Shown: piece by piece, positions 38,078 through 50,930 of the stretch
How the letters are laid out: every line of letters starts with the position of its first letter
Numbering within the stretch: position 1 is the first letter of the stretch
From: Macrostomum hystrix
Taxonomy: Eukaryota; Animalia; Platyhelminthes
DNA length: 64,000 bases
Reading direction: 5' to 3'
Assembly: GCA_950097015.1 (NCBI GenBank)
Contig: CATNEN010000039.1
Location: forward strand, 5,828,001 to 5,892,000
Notes under the pieces: generated by a model
The model's database searches: none
What the model saw: only the letters and a program-made list of their open reading frames with translations
Told to the model about the DNA's origin: nothing
Program-made: the position numbers and the translations under genes

Positions 38078-41000
38078 ATGCAGACTCGATCTGTCAGCCT
38101 TATCTTTAACAGCGGCAACACCAGCGTCAGCTGTGAGAGTCTCAGCGAGTTCGAAGATGAGAGCGTCTCGGGACGTCCGCCAACCATGACGGGCGCGGCA
38201 GCTGTCACAGCGCCACCGAATAGGCGACAGCAGCAGCGCTCTTTGCCTATGCATCAGAGGAACAACTTGAAGATGCGGCAGCAGCGCACTCAGTCGGACG
38301 CATCGCTTGTCTCGCTGCCGCGTATCATTTCGCATGAGGCAGCAGCAGCCAACGCCGCCGCCGCCGGTCCGACAGCAACACCGTCGCGTGGCGAAGCATC
38401 TGTACGTCGCCTGCTTCACCTACCGGCTGTAGCTCGCGTCTACCAGGAGTTCAAAGCCACGTTCGAGTACAAGCAGCTGTTCGGCCAGGCACCTCGAGTT
38501 TACATACCGTTTGTGGAGGCTGCGGTGTTTGAACCGCGCTACCTGACACCTGTCGAGAAGCGGGGCCAGCAGTATATCTTTCCGGGATGGTGCTACGGCT
38601 GCCGCCTTTGCCTCGGCTGCTTGCACCTCACGCGACCTCAGTAAGTAATTCCCTTCTTTTCTTTGTTTGCTGCACTGTTGAAAAAGCTTGTGTAGATTAA
38701 TAAGTTCAAAAGGACATCTAAAGACACAAATCGACTACCCTGAATCGCTGGCAGTCTTCACCAGGACAAGGCGGCTTCGCGTCGTCTACAGGCTGACAAG
38801 CAGCTGGCCAGCCGCGAGCTGACAGCCTCGATGGAGCTACTGCTTAATGGTGGGCGTCGGGCAACCTTGTCAAGCGAGACAGACGAAAATAGTTGAGTTT
38901 TGATTTTATCACAAAAGCATAAAAACAATTCAATAAAATATTGGTATATTCTCCTTTCTCTAAACTCACCTCATCCATTAAACGATTGCTCTCATTTTGG
39001 CAGTAATTTCGCTGCCTGACTGGGTGGTCAAGGAGATAGAGGATTACTACACGGAGACGGGCATAACACGAAAAACGACGCCAACGGATGTCGATCTGAA
39101 GAAGGCGCGCGTCAGTGTGGATCAAGATCGGCCTAAAGACTTCTACATCGGAATGCTTCAACACCAGCTTGGCGGGTGCAGCAGTCCGCGGACACTCGGT
39201 GGAAGCGACCGCGGAGTCGAATCTCCCGCTGACGAGCAGTCGGTCGGGCTCAATGGAGACATCAGCAGTGAGGACGAAGTTTTGAACGACCTGGAGGGCG
39301 ATGGCCGCGTAATCAAGGTCACCGTTAGCCGGCACAGGACAAATGACAAGAAGGAGGCAGAAGGAAGCGGTGCAGACGATGACGCAGAAGAGACAGACGG
39401 TGAGAGAAGGGGCAGAAAGGGACTGGACTTTGTGACAAGGATGTGATGGCTCTGTCAGCCTACTATTTAACAACCTGCATGTGCATGAAGTTTTTCTCTG
39501 AATCCAAAAGCTCACAAAGTCGTTCACAAAAGCGAAGCTGTCTAAACAATAGTCAATCCAGCTACAACTCTTCGATTCTTTTCATAATTGACTCTCGATC
39601 AGCGTCAAGCGAGCAGGACGATCCGGCGGTCCGAATCTACGACAGACAGCGGCGGCGTCGCAGTCGTCGCCGCCACCGCAGGGCGTGCGCTCGCGCAAGC
39701 ACGCGCCTGTCAACGGTTCCATCGTTGGCGGACTTGGAGGAAGACCGACAGAGTAGCAGCGAGGAGGATGTCAGCGAGACAGACGATGACAATTCAGAGG
39801 CTGGAGCTGGCGGCAAAGTTCGGTTCAAAATTCGCAGGCGCAATTTCGTCCTTTACAAAGGTTTTACAACTAAACATCTAAAAACTTACTTTAAAATCAA
39901 CCAGAAGCATTAAATGTGTCAATGAAATTATGACTTCAGTAGTCATGCGCGCTTCAAATTATAACCAAAACTTTTGCTAGACCAAAGCGAGGTAGATAAC
40001 TCTCGCTTGACGAAGTCTTCCCAGCATCGTCTGTTGCCATTTCCATGGCCGAGGCGATTCGCCAGTCTGAGCGGGGATTTAGCGGTCTGGTGGCCGCAGC
40101 TGCAGGTTGACAACCTTTCTGGTAACCTATGCATAGGCTGTCTATGCAAACTTGCTTTCTTTAGAGAAACCATTTCTTCGAGTATAGTTTATACTTACCC
40201 GTCCCCAGTAGAGATAGCACAAGCGCTTTGAAATATCTCCAGTAGATTTTTGTTGTTCCCTATAATTTGAGACTAGAGCGCTTACAAGGTTTGTTTACCA
40301 ATATTTTGTTTACCTATTTGTGTCGTATCTTTTATCTCCACGTCACAGCTCACCATTCGTCCCATCGGAAACATTCTTACATAATGTTGTTTTCGTTCGA
40401 AAATTATCTGACGTTCATTCCATGTATCTCGTAGTGTAGTTTTTTGGAAGTTAAAAACGAGAGAGAAAAGATTGCTACAGTTAAACCACATTGTCAATAT
40501 GGTGAAGTTAAAAAATTAGATTTACCTTGCACATAATAAAATCAAAGCAAAATAGTGCTTTTAACTTTGCAATTAACATGTTTATTGGAATCAGTACCAC
40601 ATCTAAATAAACTTTTTTCAGAGCCACACTTCTTCAGGCCGCGTCACAAGAAGAAGCTCACCATTCCACGAGATCCGTTTTCTAAGAACCGGCAATTTAA
40701 AATGGTGCGCCAGTCGATGATCACGCCTATTTCGTCCGGTAGAAAGCTCGATTTTATCACTACATCGAGGGAGACGAAAAGAAAGGTTTGATTGCTTTAT
40801 TTAATTGCCTACTAGATTGTATTTTCGTCGTTGCATGTTTAAGAGTTAGTACAAAACTTAGTACAAACGTAGGGCCTAGGGCTTAAGCCCTCAAGGGCTT
40901 AAATTGCACGACAAGCCGCTATATCCCCAATCGAATGTGGCTTCAACGAAGAACCAAGAATACCGACCATCGTGGGAGAGGAATGCGCACTAACCGCTTT

Positions 41001-44000
41001 GCCACTCACACACCCAAAATAAACTTCATTAATTGGAAACCTTCAACGAAAATCTTTAGAAATCCCGTAAAGTACTTTAAAAATAAAATGTATGCAATCC
41101 TTTGTACCTCACAAAACAGGAGCTGAAGCAGTTCAAGCTGAAGCCGAGAAACTCCGAGGAGAACCGCGGGGACTGGACGCCTCCGAAGCGAACTCCGTTT
41201 TCTATGAAAGTCTCAGCCCATCGAGGAAATGCGTAAGAAAATTTTTTTATAATCAAGTGTGCTTTTATCTTAATACATTCTTATCGAAACATTTTAGGAC
41301 TCAAGAAAAATTGCAGTCGAAAGTTTCTGCTCCAGGTGAGCATATTGTGCTTTCAGCCGAAAATTATCTCTTTTTTTCAGAAACAGCAGCATAATTTACA
41401 AATATCTTCGCTACGCAAGGCATTTGACAGGATTCATTAATTTAGTTTTCTGCATTCTTTAACTTTCAGAGCCGCAGCTACCTGTAATTGAAGGTGAGAT
41501 TGGCAGCGTCGTCTTCGATGAGCTATCAGCTAACAACCAACGCGCTAACATTGATGCTAACCAAACTAACAGCAAAGCTAACCATGCAAAGCAGATTCAG
41601 CGTCTAGCAGAGGAAGACGGACCTATGGAATCTTCCAAATCGTCTCAAAATTATGAGAAGAGTCGTGCCGCTTATTCTATAGTCACCCAGAGTAAGAAAC
41701 CGACAACTGGAACAAGCACAACACAGACTAAAGCCGCGAAGATAGATTTAGACAAAAGTCTTAACGCGAGGCAACTTGAAATGCAGACGACAATGCAGCA
41801 AAAGCAGCAGCAGCGGGAGCTTCAGAGCCAGTCGATGCCTAATTTTGGCTTGGGAGAAAGAAGTCTTCTTGGACCTCAACATAACGCAGGAATATCCTTA
41901 ACGCCGGACATTCGCTCGGTGCAGCATTCTCAGAACAAATCAAATTCGCGACTCAGCAGGAGTGTCACGTCATTAGCTGAATTCTACAACGTCACGAGAA
42001 GTACAGCGATAGTCGGAAAAGTTTCAGCGCTACTGTCGCTCGGAGCCGGGCCTTCAAGTGTTGGCCCCTCTAGTTCAGTCAGAAAGGCGGCCGTTGGCGG
42101 TGCAGTTGGTTTTGTTGCGAAATGGGCGGATTGGGAGTTTCAACAGTCACAACTGCAGGCTACAAGAATTGGTATGCCACTAATCACACTAATGATTTTA
42201 TCCACACACTGCGTACCCTTCACAGAGCAGGCGCCTCTCGCACTAAGGTACTTGAGCACGATTTCGCAACGGGCCAAGTTCATCTGGGGCGCAGCCGCGG
42301 AGAGAAGGCTTGGTGGCTTGTCGTACAATTTATGCCTCATGAGGCCCAACCCCCAAATAAATTCAGATTTACACACCTGTGTGAGTTTCTACCTGTGTAC
42401 AATATCTGTGTGGTTATTGTGCCTAAAATAAGCGTAATGGGTAGAATTTCCTCTCAAATTGTCTGGTTATGGCTAATTGGGAACATCAAAGCCTTAGAAC
42501 AGCAGGGTTTTGAGTCATTTTGTACTTTTTTCGTGAAACGTATTCTTGCTAAATGGGGTTAAAAAGCGAGCCTTGTGAAATACTCGTAAGCAACAGAAGG
42601 GTGGGACTGGGACAGCAATAGATGGAGTCCTCAAGTACACGGGTAAGCCAATTCCGCCACAATGGTTTTACAACCGACCAGACCGGGTCCGATTTGAATT
42701 TCTTGCCCGCTTTCTCGAGTTTAAGAAAATATTTTTCTCTGCTTACGATTATATACGAAAGCTGCATTCATATCTAAATATTTTTACCCGCTTTTGGCAA
42801 GCAGAAAAATGCTTGCTCACAAAGCAAGTCGAATGGTTCACGTTTCAAGCTTACTACTACTGATAATAACTGGCAAAACTTTTTCTAAAACAAAAACTAT
42901 CACGATAGTTGATTACACTTAACTCACTTCGCTGATAAAAATAATGAAGCAATAGCTCCAGCAGCAAGACGGAAGCAGCAGAATCGTCAGGCACAAGGTA
43001 ACTCAAATTGATCGAATCATAACTGCAGTTGTCTCCGTGCTTTGCGTCATTGCTTCTGTGGTTGGTGTGTCGAACATAGAAAACCCAATGAGTTTTGCTG
43101 TCTCAAAGTACCTACCAATGTACCTGTGTCTAGTGGTCTTTCTTGCTTAGAGACCTTCTCAAATCGAGCATATGTTTTTGGAAATATTTTTTCCGAAGAT
43201 ATCTTTATATCCAATTTATTTCTTTTATTTTTTGGTTTAAGTTATATAGGCCTTTTTAAACTTTAATTTTCAGTTATTCGTGACACTACTTATATAAACG
43301 AATATAAACTCAATAGCCTCTGATCGTAAAAAAAATTTTCCGCTCAAACTTTTTTGGCCGACACTTGACCTTAGTCTGGACTAATTTTTTTTAAACACTT
43401 TTACTTGATTAGATTGCTTTACTTCTCATCAGAAGTCGATAAGTTGCATTGTTCGTTATTCGGAAATTTATTCGCGCTTCGCATCAATTGTCTAGAGGCA
43501 CAAGAAGAGCATATTCATCAGCCAGCGTCTGTGGTCAAGCTCCAAAAGACTCGGCGTCGCATTCATCCGCCGATGCCGACGCCACCTCCGCCAGTGACAG
43601 CCGATGATCTTCTGCCTGAATCGATGCGACAAACAAGAGAGAGGCAGAAGCGAGAGAAGCCCGCGAGAGAAGGCGTCGCTGCCGTCAAGCTGTGGGGCCA
43701 GCGGATGGAGTCCTCTGAAGAGGAGGTCGACGACGAGTCGCCGTCGCCGACGCCACCGCCGCCGACGCCACCGCCAAAGACACCCTCTATGACTCCACCA
43801 CCACTGCCACCACCGCCTCCACTGCCAACAACCGCGGCTCCGCCACCACCGAGGCTGCTGAAGGTAGTGCCAAAGTAATGCAGCAGTTTTTATTTTACTT
43901 GATAGAACAGGATAATAATAAGCTGTAATAAATACAATAATGCAATAATAACAATGAGTCTTTGTACTTAAGCTTAAGATACAACGACAAATACTTTTTT

Positions 44001-44281
44001 CGCGTCAATCCGTTTTAGTCGGAAACAAAGAGCTTTGTGGGCGGCTCGCCAATAGCTCTGGATTTGCCACGCAGTCCGGAGACCGCCGTCTCCAGAATGC
44101 AGCGACAGAAGCCGCGAAGGAGGCCCAGGTGCAGCGCTCGGCATTTTTTATGATAGTTTTTATTACTTTTAGCTAGCTTTTACCTCAATACAAGTAGATC
44201 TTGTTCAAAAGCAGCGGGGTCTTGTTTTAGCTTCCTCTATTTTTATTTGAATAATTCAGCGATGACAATAGTCTGTTCTGA
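38078..44281 (+). CDS. Uncharacterised multi-exon, largely low-complexity protein; approximate exons 38078-38640, 38755-38849, 39004-39399, 39603-39860, 40622-40738, 41120-41232, ~41470-42140, ~43497-43863, 44019-44128, 44260-44281
   Basis: GC-rich coding-like blocks; the first six exons and the last three join in phase; the middle junctions are unresolved; no family recognised. Confidence 0.55.
40880..41012 (-). mobile_element. SINE family A, degenerate fragment
   Basis: aaattgcacgacaagcc, gaatgtggc and gccactcac match family A. Confidence 0.5.
42222..42475 (+). mobile_element. SINE family A, degenerate
   Basis: ggggcgcagccgcggagagaaggcttggtggcttgtcgt and cagatttacacacctgtgtgag. Confidence 0.75.
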
Positions 44282-44870
44282 CAGGTGAGAGAATAGGCAC
44301 AACAAGAAGTCGCGACAGACTAAGCATTTTTCATATGCCGTACAGCTTTTCCTCTCAGTAGAAGACGTTTAGTTAGTTTCTGGCAAAGTCAGTTCCATCA
44401 AGCTAAAACCTGGGCCAGTGTTTCAGGGATAGAAATTTTAGTCTCAAACTGTAGTGTAACCAAGTAAGAGAAAGAGTGACCGTCGCAATTTTCCATCAAA
44501 TCAATTGATGCACGCGGCCTAACGAGGCTCTGCGCCCCCTCAGCGCCACTATTGGCGGGCCTCATTTTCTTGCAGCGAGAAGGGAAAAAAAGAATGCTTT
44601 CCGCATTGATCGACAGGGAAGCCTCGCTTAACTCACGAGGCTGGGCGCTAGACTTGACTAGGGACAAGAAGTGTCTCTGAAGGGGCTCCAGGTAACTCAC
44701 TCCCACTTCCTTGTTTATTGGCTCCACGTTTGGCTGAGCGTCAATGCACAAGAGAAAACTGAAGCTCTCATACTAGTTGAGGCTGCTGTTTAAAACAGCG
44801 TTTTTAGCAGAAGTAAGCTTTACATAGTTCGCAGTTGCCCCCCGTCCTTGCAATTATTGGCTTCGCTGCC

Positions 44871-47598
44871 ATGTCCACACTAAAGTCCAAATGGCGCGCT
44901 GGCGCTATGGTTTCCAGACTGCAGCCATCACCGAAAAAGCCACCGACAACAGTTCCAAAGCCGCAACCTAAAGAAGAGCCAGCAATCAGCCGACCGAAGG
45001 ACAGTCTTGACTATCTAGCGAAATATTGCATCGTACACGCACATAGAATTCCTGCCTACGAAACAGCGTTCAAGCGAGCCGTTGTTAAGCAGCGCTTTCG
45101 CTACGACCCGTATAGAGAGATTGTTCGCGAAGCTGCAGAGGCAGCTGGTGGTGGTGGCAGCGGCGGGATGGTATGGTGGCCACCACAGGAATCGACACAG
45201 CCGGCTGCCGAAATGGCTCCTGTTGAAGCAGAATCACGCGAGATGTCATCTTTAATAGCAGATGGACGTGAACACGATGATTCTAGAGAGGCCGGCAGCG
45301 CGAGCGGGACTAGGGCTGCTTCCGCTAGCCGCCTGTCCACCGAGGAGATCTACCGGCTCCAGCTCCGACGCCAGGTTGGCACAATGCAAGCTGGTGATCG
45401 GCTGCTCGAGGCAATGCGGCAGAGGCTGGAGGCTTCATTGCCTCCGACTGTGCCAGTGAGTTGAGAAACTACTATTGATTTTTAGGTTCAGTAAACTTTT
45501 GGTTCAGAACAGCATCCTAACGAGGCTCTTTCAGGCTGCTAATCCAACGGACTGCGAGTTGGCCAAACTGAAATTCATTTTGGACTCGTTAACAGAACGA
45601 CTGGCGAAAACTAACGAGGAAATCCGGAAAATAAATGGTAGATGTTTGAGCTTCAATATAAATGTAACATAGAGTTAAGGGGGTTAGGGAATATTTTTTT
45701 AATTTATTATAAACACAATTCTTTCAGATACCGAAATACAGATAGTGGCTGGCATGGCCAGAGAAAAGTTTTGGGACTGCATTCCACTGCCGGATGATGA
45801 GCCGCAACCAGCGAAGCTTCAAGCCGGCGCTGAAGATCCTCCAAAGTTAAGACGGCGCCAGCAGCGAAGGCCGGGCGGTAAGATGGACCGCGAAGAGGCT
45901 ATTCGAATTAAGCGGCTAGTGGCCGGACTGCCCAGTGAGACGGTGGTGCAGATGCTGACGCCAAAGCAACTTGGAGAGGTATAATGGTGCATGTGTTATA
46001 TACTTTCTTGCTAATTTAAATTCTAAAACAGACATTAGGAATGGCTTACTGAGGCTAAAATGTCTATGGAACCCCGAAGTGGGGGCTCTGCCCCACACCC
46101 CCCGTCTCTGACTCTGAAAGTATAGCTTGGGCAAAAACGTCTATGGTACAATAAAATTGATACCCAAGCTTTGCGGGCGTCATTGAAAAATCCTCGGGCG
46201 CTCTGGCTATTAACTGCCCGCAAGAAAATTACCGAGCATTAAAAAGCGCTTCATAACGAGCCCCATACCTTTTTCGCCATGAATTGGCTCGTTTCCGGTC
46301 CTGAGTTATTAAGTTGTCCTTGGTCGGTATATATTCTTATATTAATTCATCTATGGACATTAACGGGCAAGACTTTATGCCCGCCGGGCAAAAAGGTCAT
46401 GGTACAATAGATCATCTCATCTTGGCACTTTATTATTTTAAAACATACAATTAATCCTGAATTTTGTTGAGTGAAATATTGTTTGGTTTGTTGACTTTAT
46501 ATAGTCTTGCTACTGTCTGTCACTATTTTTTTTCGTATTTTCAATATGGAACTTCCAGTATTCCACCTCTTTACATATATTGTAATGTAAATGTTGGACA
46601 GCAAAATGTCTCTCTTTGCAGCTGAAGGCCGCCAAATCACTTCGGCAGCTGACTTCGCAGTTGCATCGATGCCAGCATCGGGCGGAACAGCTGGCTGGCC
46701 GCATCGCCGAGACCAAGGAGGAGATTCGCCGGCTGACACTTTTCGGCAACACCGTCTTTGTTGAGGAGCAGCTGGAGCCGAGTCGGAAGCAGGCCGGAAG
46801 CGCGGCCTTCGTTCGCGAACAGTCACTGTTGTACCAGAAGCTCCACCCCGCAATCGACCTTGAGTTAAACATCGACCTAGTTGAAGAAGCTCTGCAGGAT
46901 ATTAATGGCCATCTAATCACCAAGCAGGAGATGCAGTATGTTTATCACATACTGAAGCTACCGGCCAGGACTCGAGTCAACTTCCGACTGTTCAGCGTGA
47001 TTGCCGCGCTCAGCGAAAAGGTTGTGCAGCTTGAGTGAGTTCACTACGTTTCTCAAGTACACTTACGAGCTAGCTCGTATTGAGAGTAGCTACTCGTATT
47101 TGAAGGTGGTGAAGATACGTCAGACACCAGTTTATGACCCTGTTAAGAAACCTCTTACCAAAATGTGTTACTATTTAGACCGATCATTCGCAAGATGGTG
47201 AACAAAATGAACTTCGACGCTCTAGACTACAAGCTGGAGAAGTGCAAGGAAATGTTCTTCCTGCTAGACGACCTCGATGACAAGGCTCCAACAGGATCTA
47301 TCACAGTTGATAGTCTGGCAATCGAACTGTTGGCGGGGAACCTCAAGGATGAGCACGTTGGATCGGTGAGCGCCATTGTTGCTGTGCTTAGAGAATTCTT
47401 AGAGAATGTTTTAGAGAGCCATGAATACTGAAGTAATTATTTGCTACTCTTCTGTTCTCGCATCAGGTAATAAAAAAATTCAACCGTGAGAAAAAAGGAT
47501 ACATCGACTTCCTGGACTACCTGACCTACGTGCCATTGTTCCTGGAAATTCACGAGCGAATTGTAGCTAATCCGCTCAATTCAGAGGCCGCCTGGTGA
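44871..47598 (+). CDS. Coiled-coil protein with C-terminal EF-hand-like motifs; exons 44871-45455, 45535-45637, 45728-45978, 46622-47034, 47179-47365, 47467-47598
   Basis: All junctions phase-consistent; EF-hand-like segments FFLLDDLDDKAPTGSITVDSL and KFNREKKGYIDFLDYL. Confidence 0.8.
46062..46402. mobile_element. Cluster B of co-oriented TCTATGG sites, intronic
   Basis: gtctatgg at 46062 and 46139, atctatgg at 46349, gtcatgg at 46396; sites 2 and 4 share the context gggcaaaaa.gtc(t)atggtacaata. Confidence 0.5.
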
Positions 47599-48123
47599 CG
47601 CGGCATCGATAGAGGAGTCGAGTGCTTTTGGCTTGCTCTTGACGACTTTTTTTGGTTATATTGTTTTGTGTTGCTACTGAAGTTCAAATCTGTCTTGTTT
47701 CGGGCAGTGGTACATATTACGCCATCAAGTTTAGTACGAAAAGGCGATGTTCTAAAGTTATATTTGAAAAATATCATTTTAAGCATAAAAACTAAGCTTA
47801 TTAGGCGGAGAATCGTGGACAGATCAGATATGGTACGAGCTATGTTATCCTCATGCTATTACTACCAACTAGAACCAAAAAGCGAATATAAAGTGCTCCA
47901 GAATTATTTATTTAATACTAAATAAAAAAACTCTATGGTGAATAAGAGAACTATTTTCCGCAAAAAAGTTTAAACGTAAATTTGTTTTGAATGTCAAATT
48001 TATTTAAATATGTTTAACTAATTAATTAAGACTTAAGTCTGGAGAACTCTGTCTATTAAATTTGATTAGATTTGTTGGTAGTTGAACCGTAATGAAATAT
48101 CGAAAGCTTATAGGCTTACAGAA

Positions 48124-48486
48124 GGGGGTCGGTGGCAGAGCGGTAATCGCGTTTGCCTCTCGCACCAAGGTCCCTAAGATCGATTCCACATTTATTTGGG
48201 GCGCAGCCACGGAGAGAAGGCTTAAGGGCTTGTCGTGCAATCTACGCCCTTATGGGCCAACCTCCAAGGCACAGTTCGAGTGTACACTGCCTGACGATGA
48301 GAAAGTCAGGGCAGATGTACACACGTGTGTGAGCGTATTCCTGCGTACAGTATCTGTGTGCTTGTGTGGTCAGGAGTCAGCAAAATGGGCAGAATTGCCT
48401 CCTCGCTGGCTGCGGGTCTAGTGTCACTAAATTATGTGCCACTGCCCACAGCCCTCCTGCAATTATTACTATTATTATTATTATTA
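48124..48486 (+). mobile_element. SINE family A, full-length reference copy
   Basis: A box TGGCAGAGCGG, degenerate B box, internal hairpin, 3' stem ggctgcggg/cccacagcc and (TTA)n tail. Confidence 0.9.
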
Positions 48487-49616
48487 GGCTTACAGAAAAA
48501 TGTTCTTTTGACTGGAGTTAGTTCGAAGCTTACAAGCGCTAGTAGCAGATGCCCTCATAGACCGAGTTTCTCAGAGGTCCGCCGCATCGTTGGGAAGCTG
48601 CTTCAGCGATGAAATCCTTGATGCAATCGGTGACATTAGCGGGCCCATCCAACTGCGTTCCGAAGTTGCAAAACCGGCCAACGGAGCGGACTCGACTGCA
48701 ATTCTCCAGTGTCAGGCCTTGATTAGGGACGGCACAAAAACGCCGGATCAGTTACTAAATCACTGAATGGACCAAGAGGTTTGACTCCCTAAAAGCAGTC
48801 ATGTCTCGATTGGTATTTGTGTCGTTCATGAAGCAGCCAAGATAATGATAGACGATGGCGGCAGAAGCTGAGGCCTAATGCATAGTCACGACTGCGATTC
48901 ACATATTGAATCATTTGACAATGCAGTCTACAAGGTTGACCAGCTCAATGCGAGAAAACATCTTTAAACATTTTTTGATAGTTTGAAAAACTGAAAAAAG
49001 GAGCAAAATACTCATGTTGGGATTTTTAAGTCAAGAAAATGTGGACTTCTCTAGCTTGTATCTGGGCTCGATAGCTCTGCCCCGAGTATACAACGCTGAG
49101 GCCATAGATTAACCGGCATGTGAAATCAATTGCGGATCCCCTGTGAGAGGGGATCTGCTGGCATCCGCCTGTCATTCATTCACTTGTAATGTCTATGGTC
49201 AAAACTGGGTGGACCAGGGAAGAGAGAAGAAGTCCCGCCTACTCTATCAGGCTTGAAAAGCATGGCTTCGTTTTATTTCTATTATCTAATCCAGTCCTGG
49301 GGCCAATTTTATAAAGCCTTGATCATAGATAAAAATCTATGGAACCGTTGATTTTATCATGTGCCACTTTTATAAAGAAGTGATAAAAATCTGACCACTG
49401 CGGGCATCCTGCCACAGACATATCGCGCTGTTGCAGAGATAGGATAAATTGATTTTATAAAACTTGTATCGGCCCACCATTGATGAAAAACTAGCGATAA
49501 AATCATAAGATTTTTAATTCTGCTTGTGACTAGGATAAGTCTTCATAATCATCATGGATTTTATTCAACTTTGGAATGTCGAGGACGAGGCGTGCTCCTC
49601 GAGTTTTCATTCCTCG

Positions 49617-49953
49617 CTAATTTTTCGACGGCGATTCCTTGCCTATTATCTGCAGCGCGATTTCATCTACCTCGTTCAGCTGAGCATCCTTCCCTCCCTC
49701 CGCGCCTGTCATTTTGCTGTTATCTTTCTTCTTAAGGGTCGCGCTTCTTATATTTTTCCGCGAGGCGTCGCGCAAGTGTTGAGGACGAATGTCCTCTTTG
49801 AAGCCATTCGCCTTTAGGACATCTAGAATTTTCTGCCAGGCTTCGTTCCTTTTTCTTGAACCGTCGGCGAAGTTGGCGAAGCTTCCAAAGATGATCTCCT
49901 TACGGGGAAGAATCTCCCGTAGCAGGAGTAGCTTTTTGCTCTTTAGAGAACAT
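49617..49953 (-). pseudogene. Frameshifted Myb/SANT-like (Harbinger ORF2-type) DNA-binding protein
   Basis: With about 3 frameshift corrections it reads MFSKEQK-LLLLREILPRKEIIFG...KNEAWQKILDVL...HLRD...NIRSATLKKKDNSKMTG; a Harbinger-like end ggggccaattttataaag lies at 49299. Confidence 0.65.
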
Positions 49954-50439
49954 CTTGCTTAGAATAATGTAAGATCGTGTTATAGCGACAAATTTAGAGT
50001 GAAAGAGCTGTAGAGCGGAGCTGGTATGGAAGAACTTCCAAATTTGGGACTAAATCAAAGATTATAAATACCCAAGATACGTCACTCAATGCAAAAATCT
50101 GGTTTTCGCTCTCATCACACACTTTATGCCATAGACATTGATAGCGCTATGCACCATTTCATGAATGAATGCTGCTATTTTTTATTGCCGGAATACTCAT
50201 ACGTGGTACATTGCAGAAATTGATGAATTTAACTTCATAAATTTAAGTGAATTTATATCAAATTACGCATGTGCATAGGTTGTTGCTGGCGCTAGAACTA
50301 TTTCACCTGGCAGTTTTATAAATTTTATATTTTATATTTTATAATAATTTAATATTTACACGCATATAAAAATACGCGTAGAACACGAAAAACATGGTGG
50401 GAAAGAAAGTAGAGGACAGAGATGAGCAGTTCGACTTAA

Positions 50440-50930
50440 CAAATTACAGTGCTATAGCATAACAGCTGTGCGTAGTAGGTCATGTAATCACGCAACTCCG
50501 AGATGATCTTCGAGCACACGCTCTCCTGCCTAAACAGCAGTTGCTTATGCCTTCTGATAGTCGCTTCTGACGGCAGACCCAAGTCTTCGGAGGCTCTTAG
50601 GTGGCGGTACGCTCAATTCAGATCTTGTCCATCTAAGTCCTTTCTGCTTCGTTTTACATCGCATAGAGCTCGTACGGGCTATTGAATGGAGCCTTCTGCA
50701 CTTGGTCTGTAGGTCTTTGATAGTCTTGCGCTAACGATCTCGCAGCGCATAGCAGGCAGTGCCTTCAAGTCGCTAGTGCCTGAGGTAGGTTCAACCGGTG
50801 AAGGTCGCATGTCAGACCTTAATGCTTCTGCAAAGCTCTGCAGCACTGGTGGGTATAGAATAGATTGTCAGCAATGTTATCTGGCAGAGGTTCAGGATCA
50901 GGGGAGACTGGTCGTAGCAGAGGAGATGCT
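50440..50930 (-). pseudogene. Decayed orphan ORF apparently homologous to 31088-31577
   Basis: Manual translation: EPLPDNIADNL...LQKH*GLTCDLHRL(fs)NYLRH*R...LRDR*RKTIKD vs TPLPPGFQDEL...LKSRGLTTDLGRVKRFKHAR...LKYIKKTYRD. Confidence 0.45.

Noticed and set aside
48291-48304. ctgacgatgagaaa resembles a hammerhead core
   Set aside because: No stem II between CUGANGA and GAAA; it is the loop of a simple hairpin
48397-48410. GCCTCCTCGCTGGC in SINE A is identical to the HDV ribozyme P3/L3 segment
   Set aside because: No 7-bp P1, no conserved GG for P1.1 and no convincing P2; the following bases pair better with the downstream 3' stem
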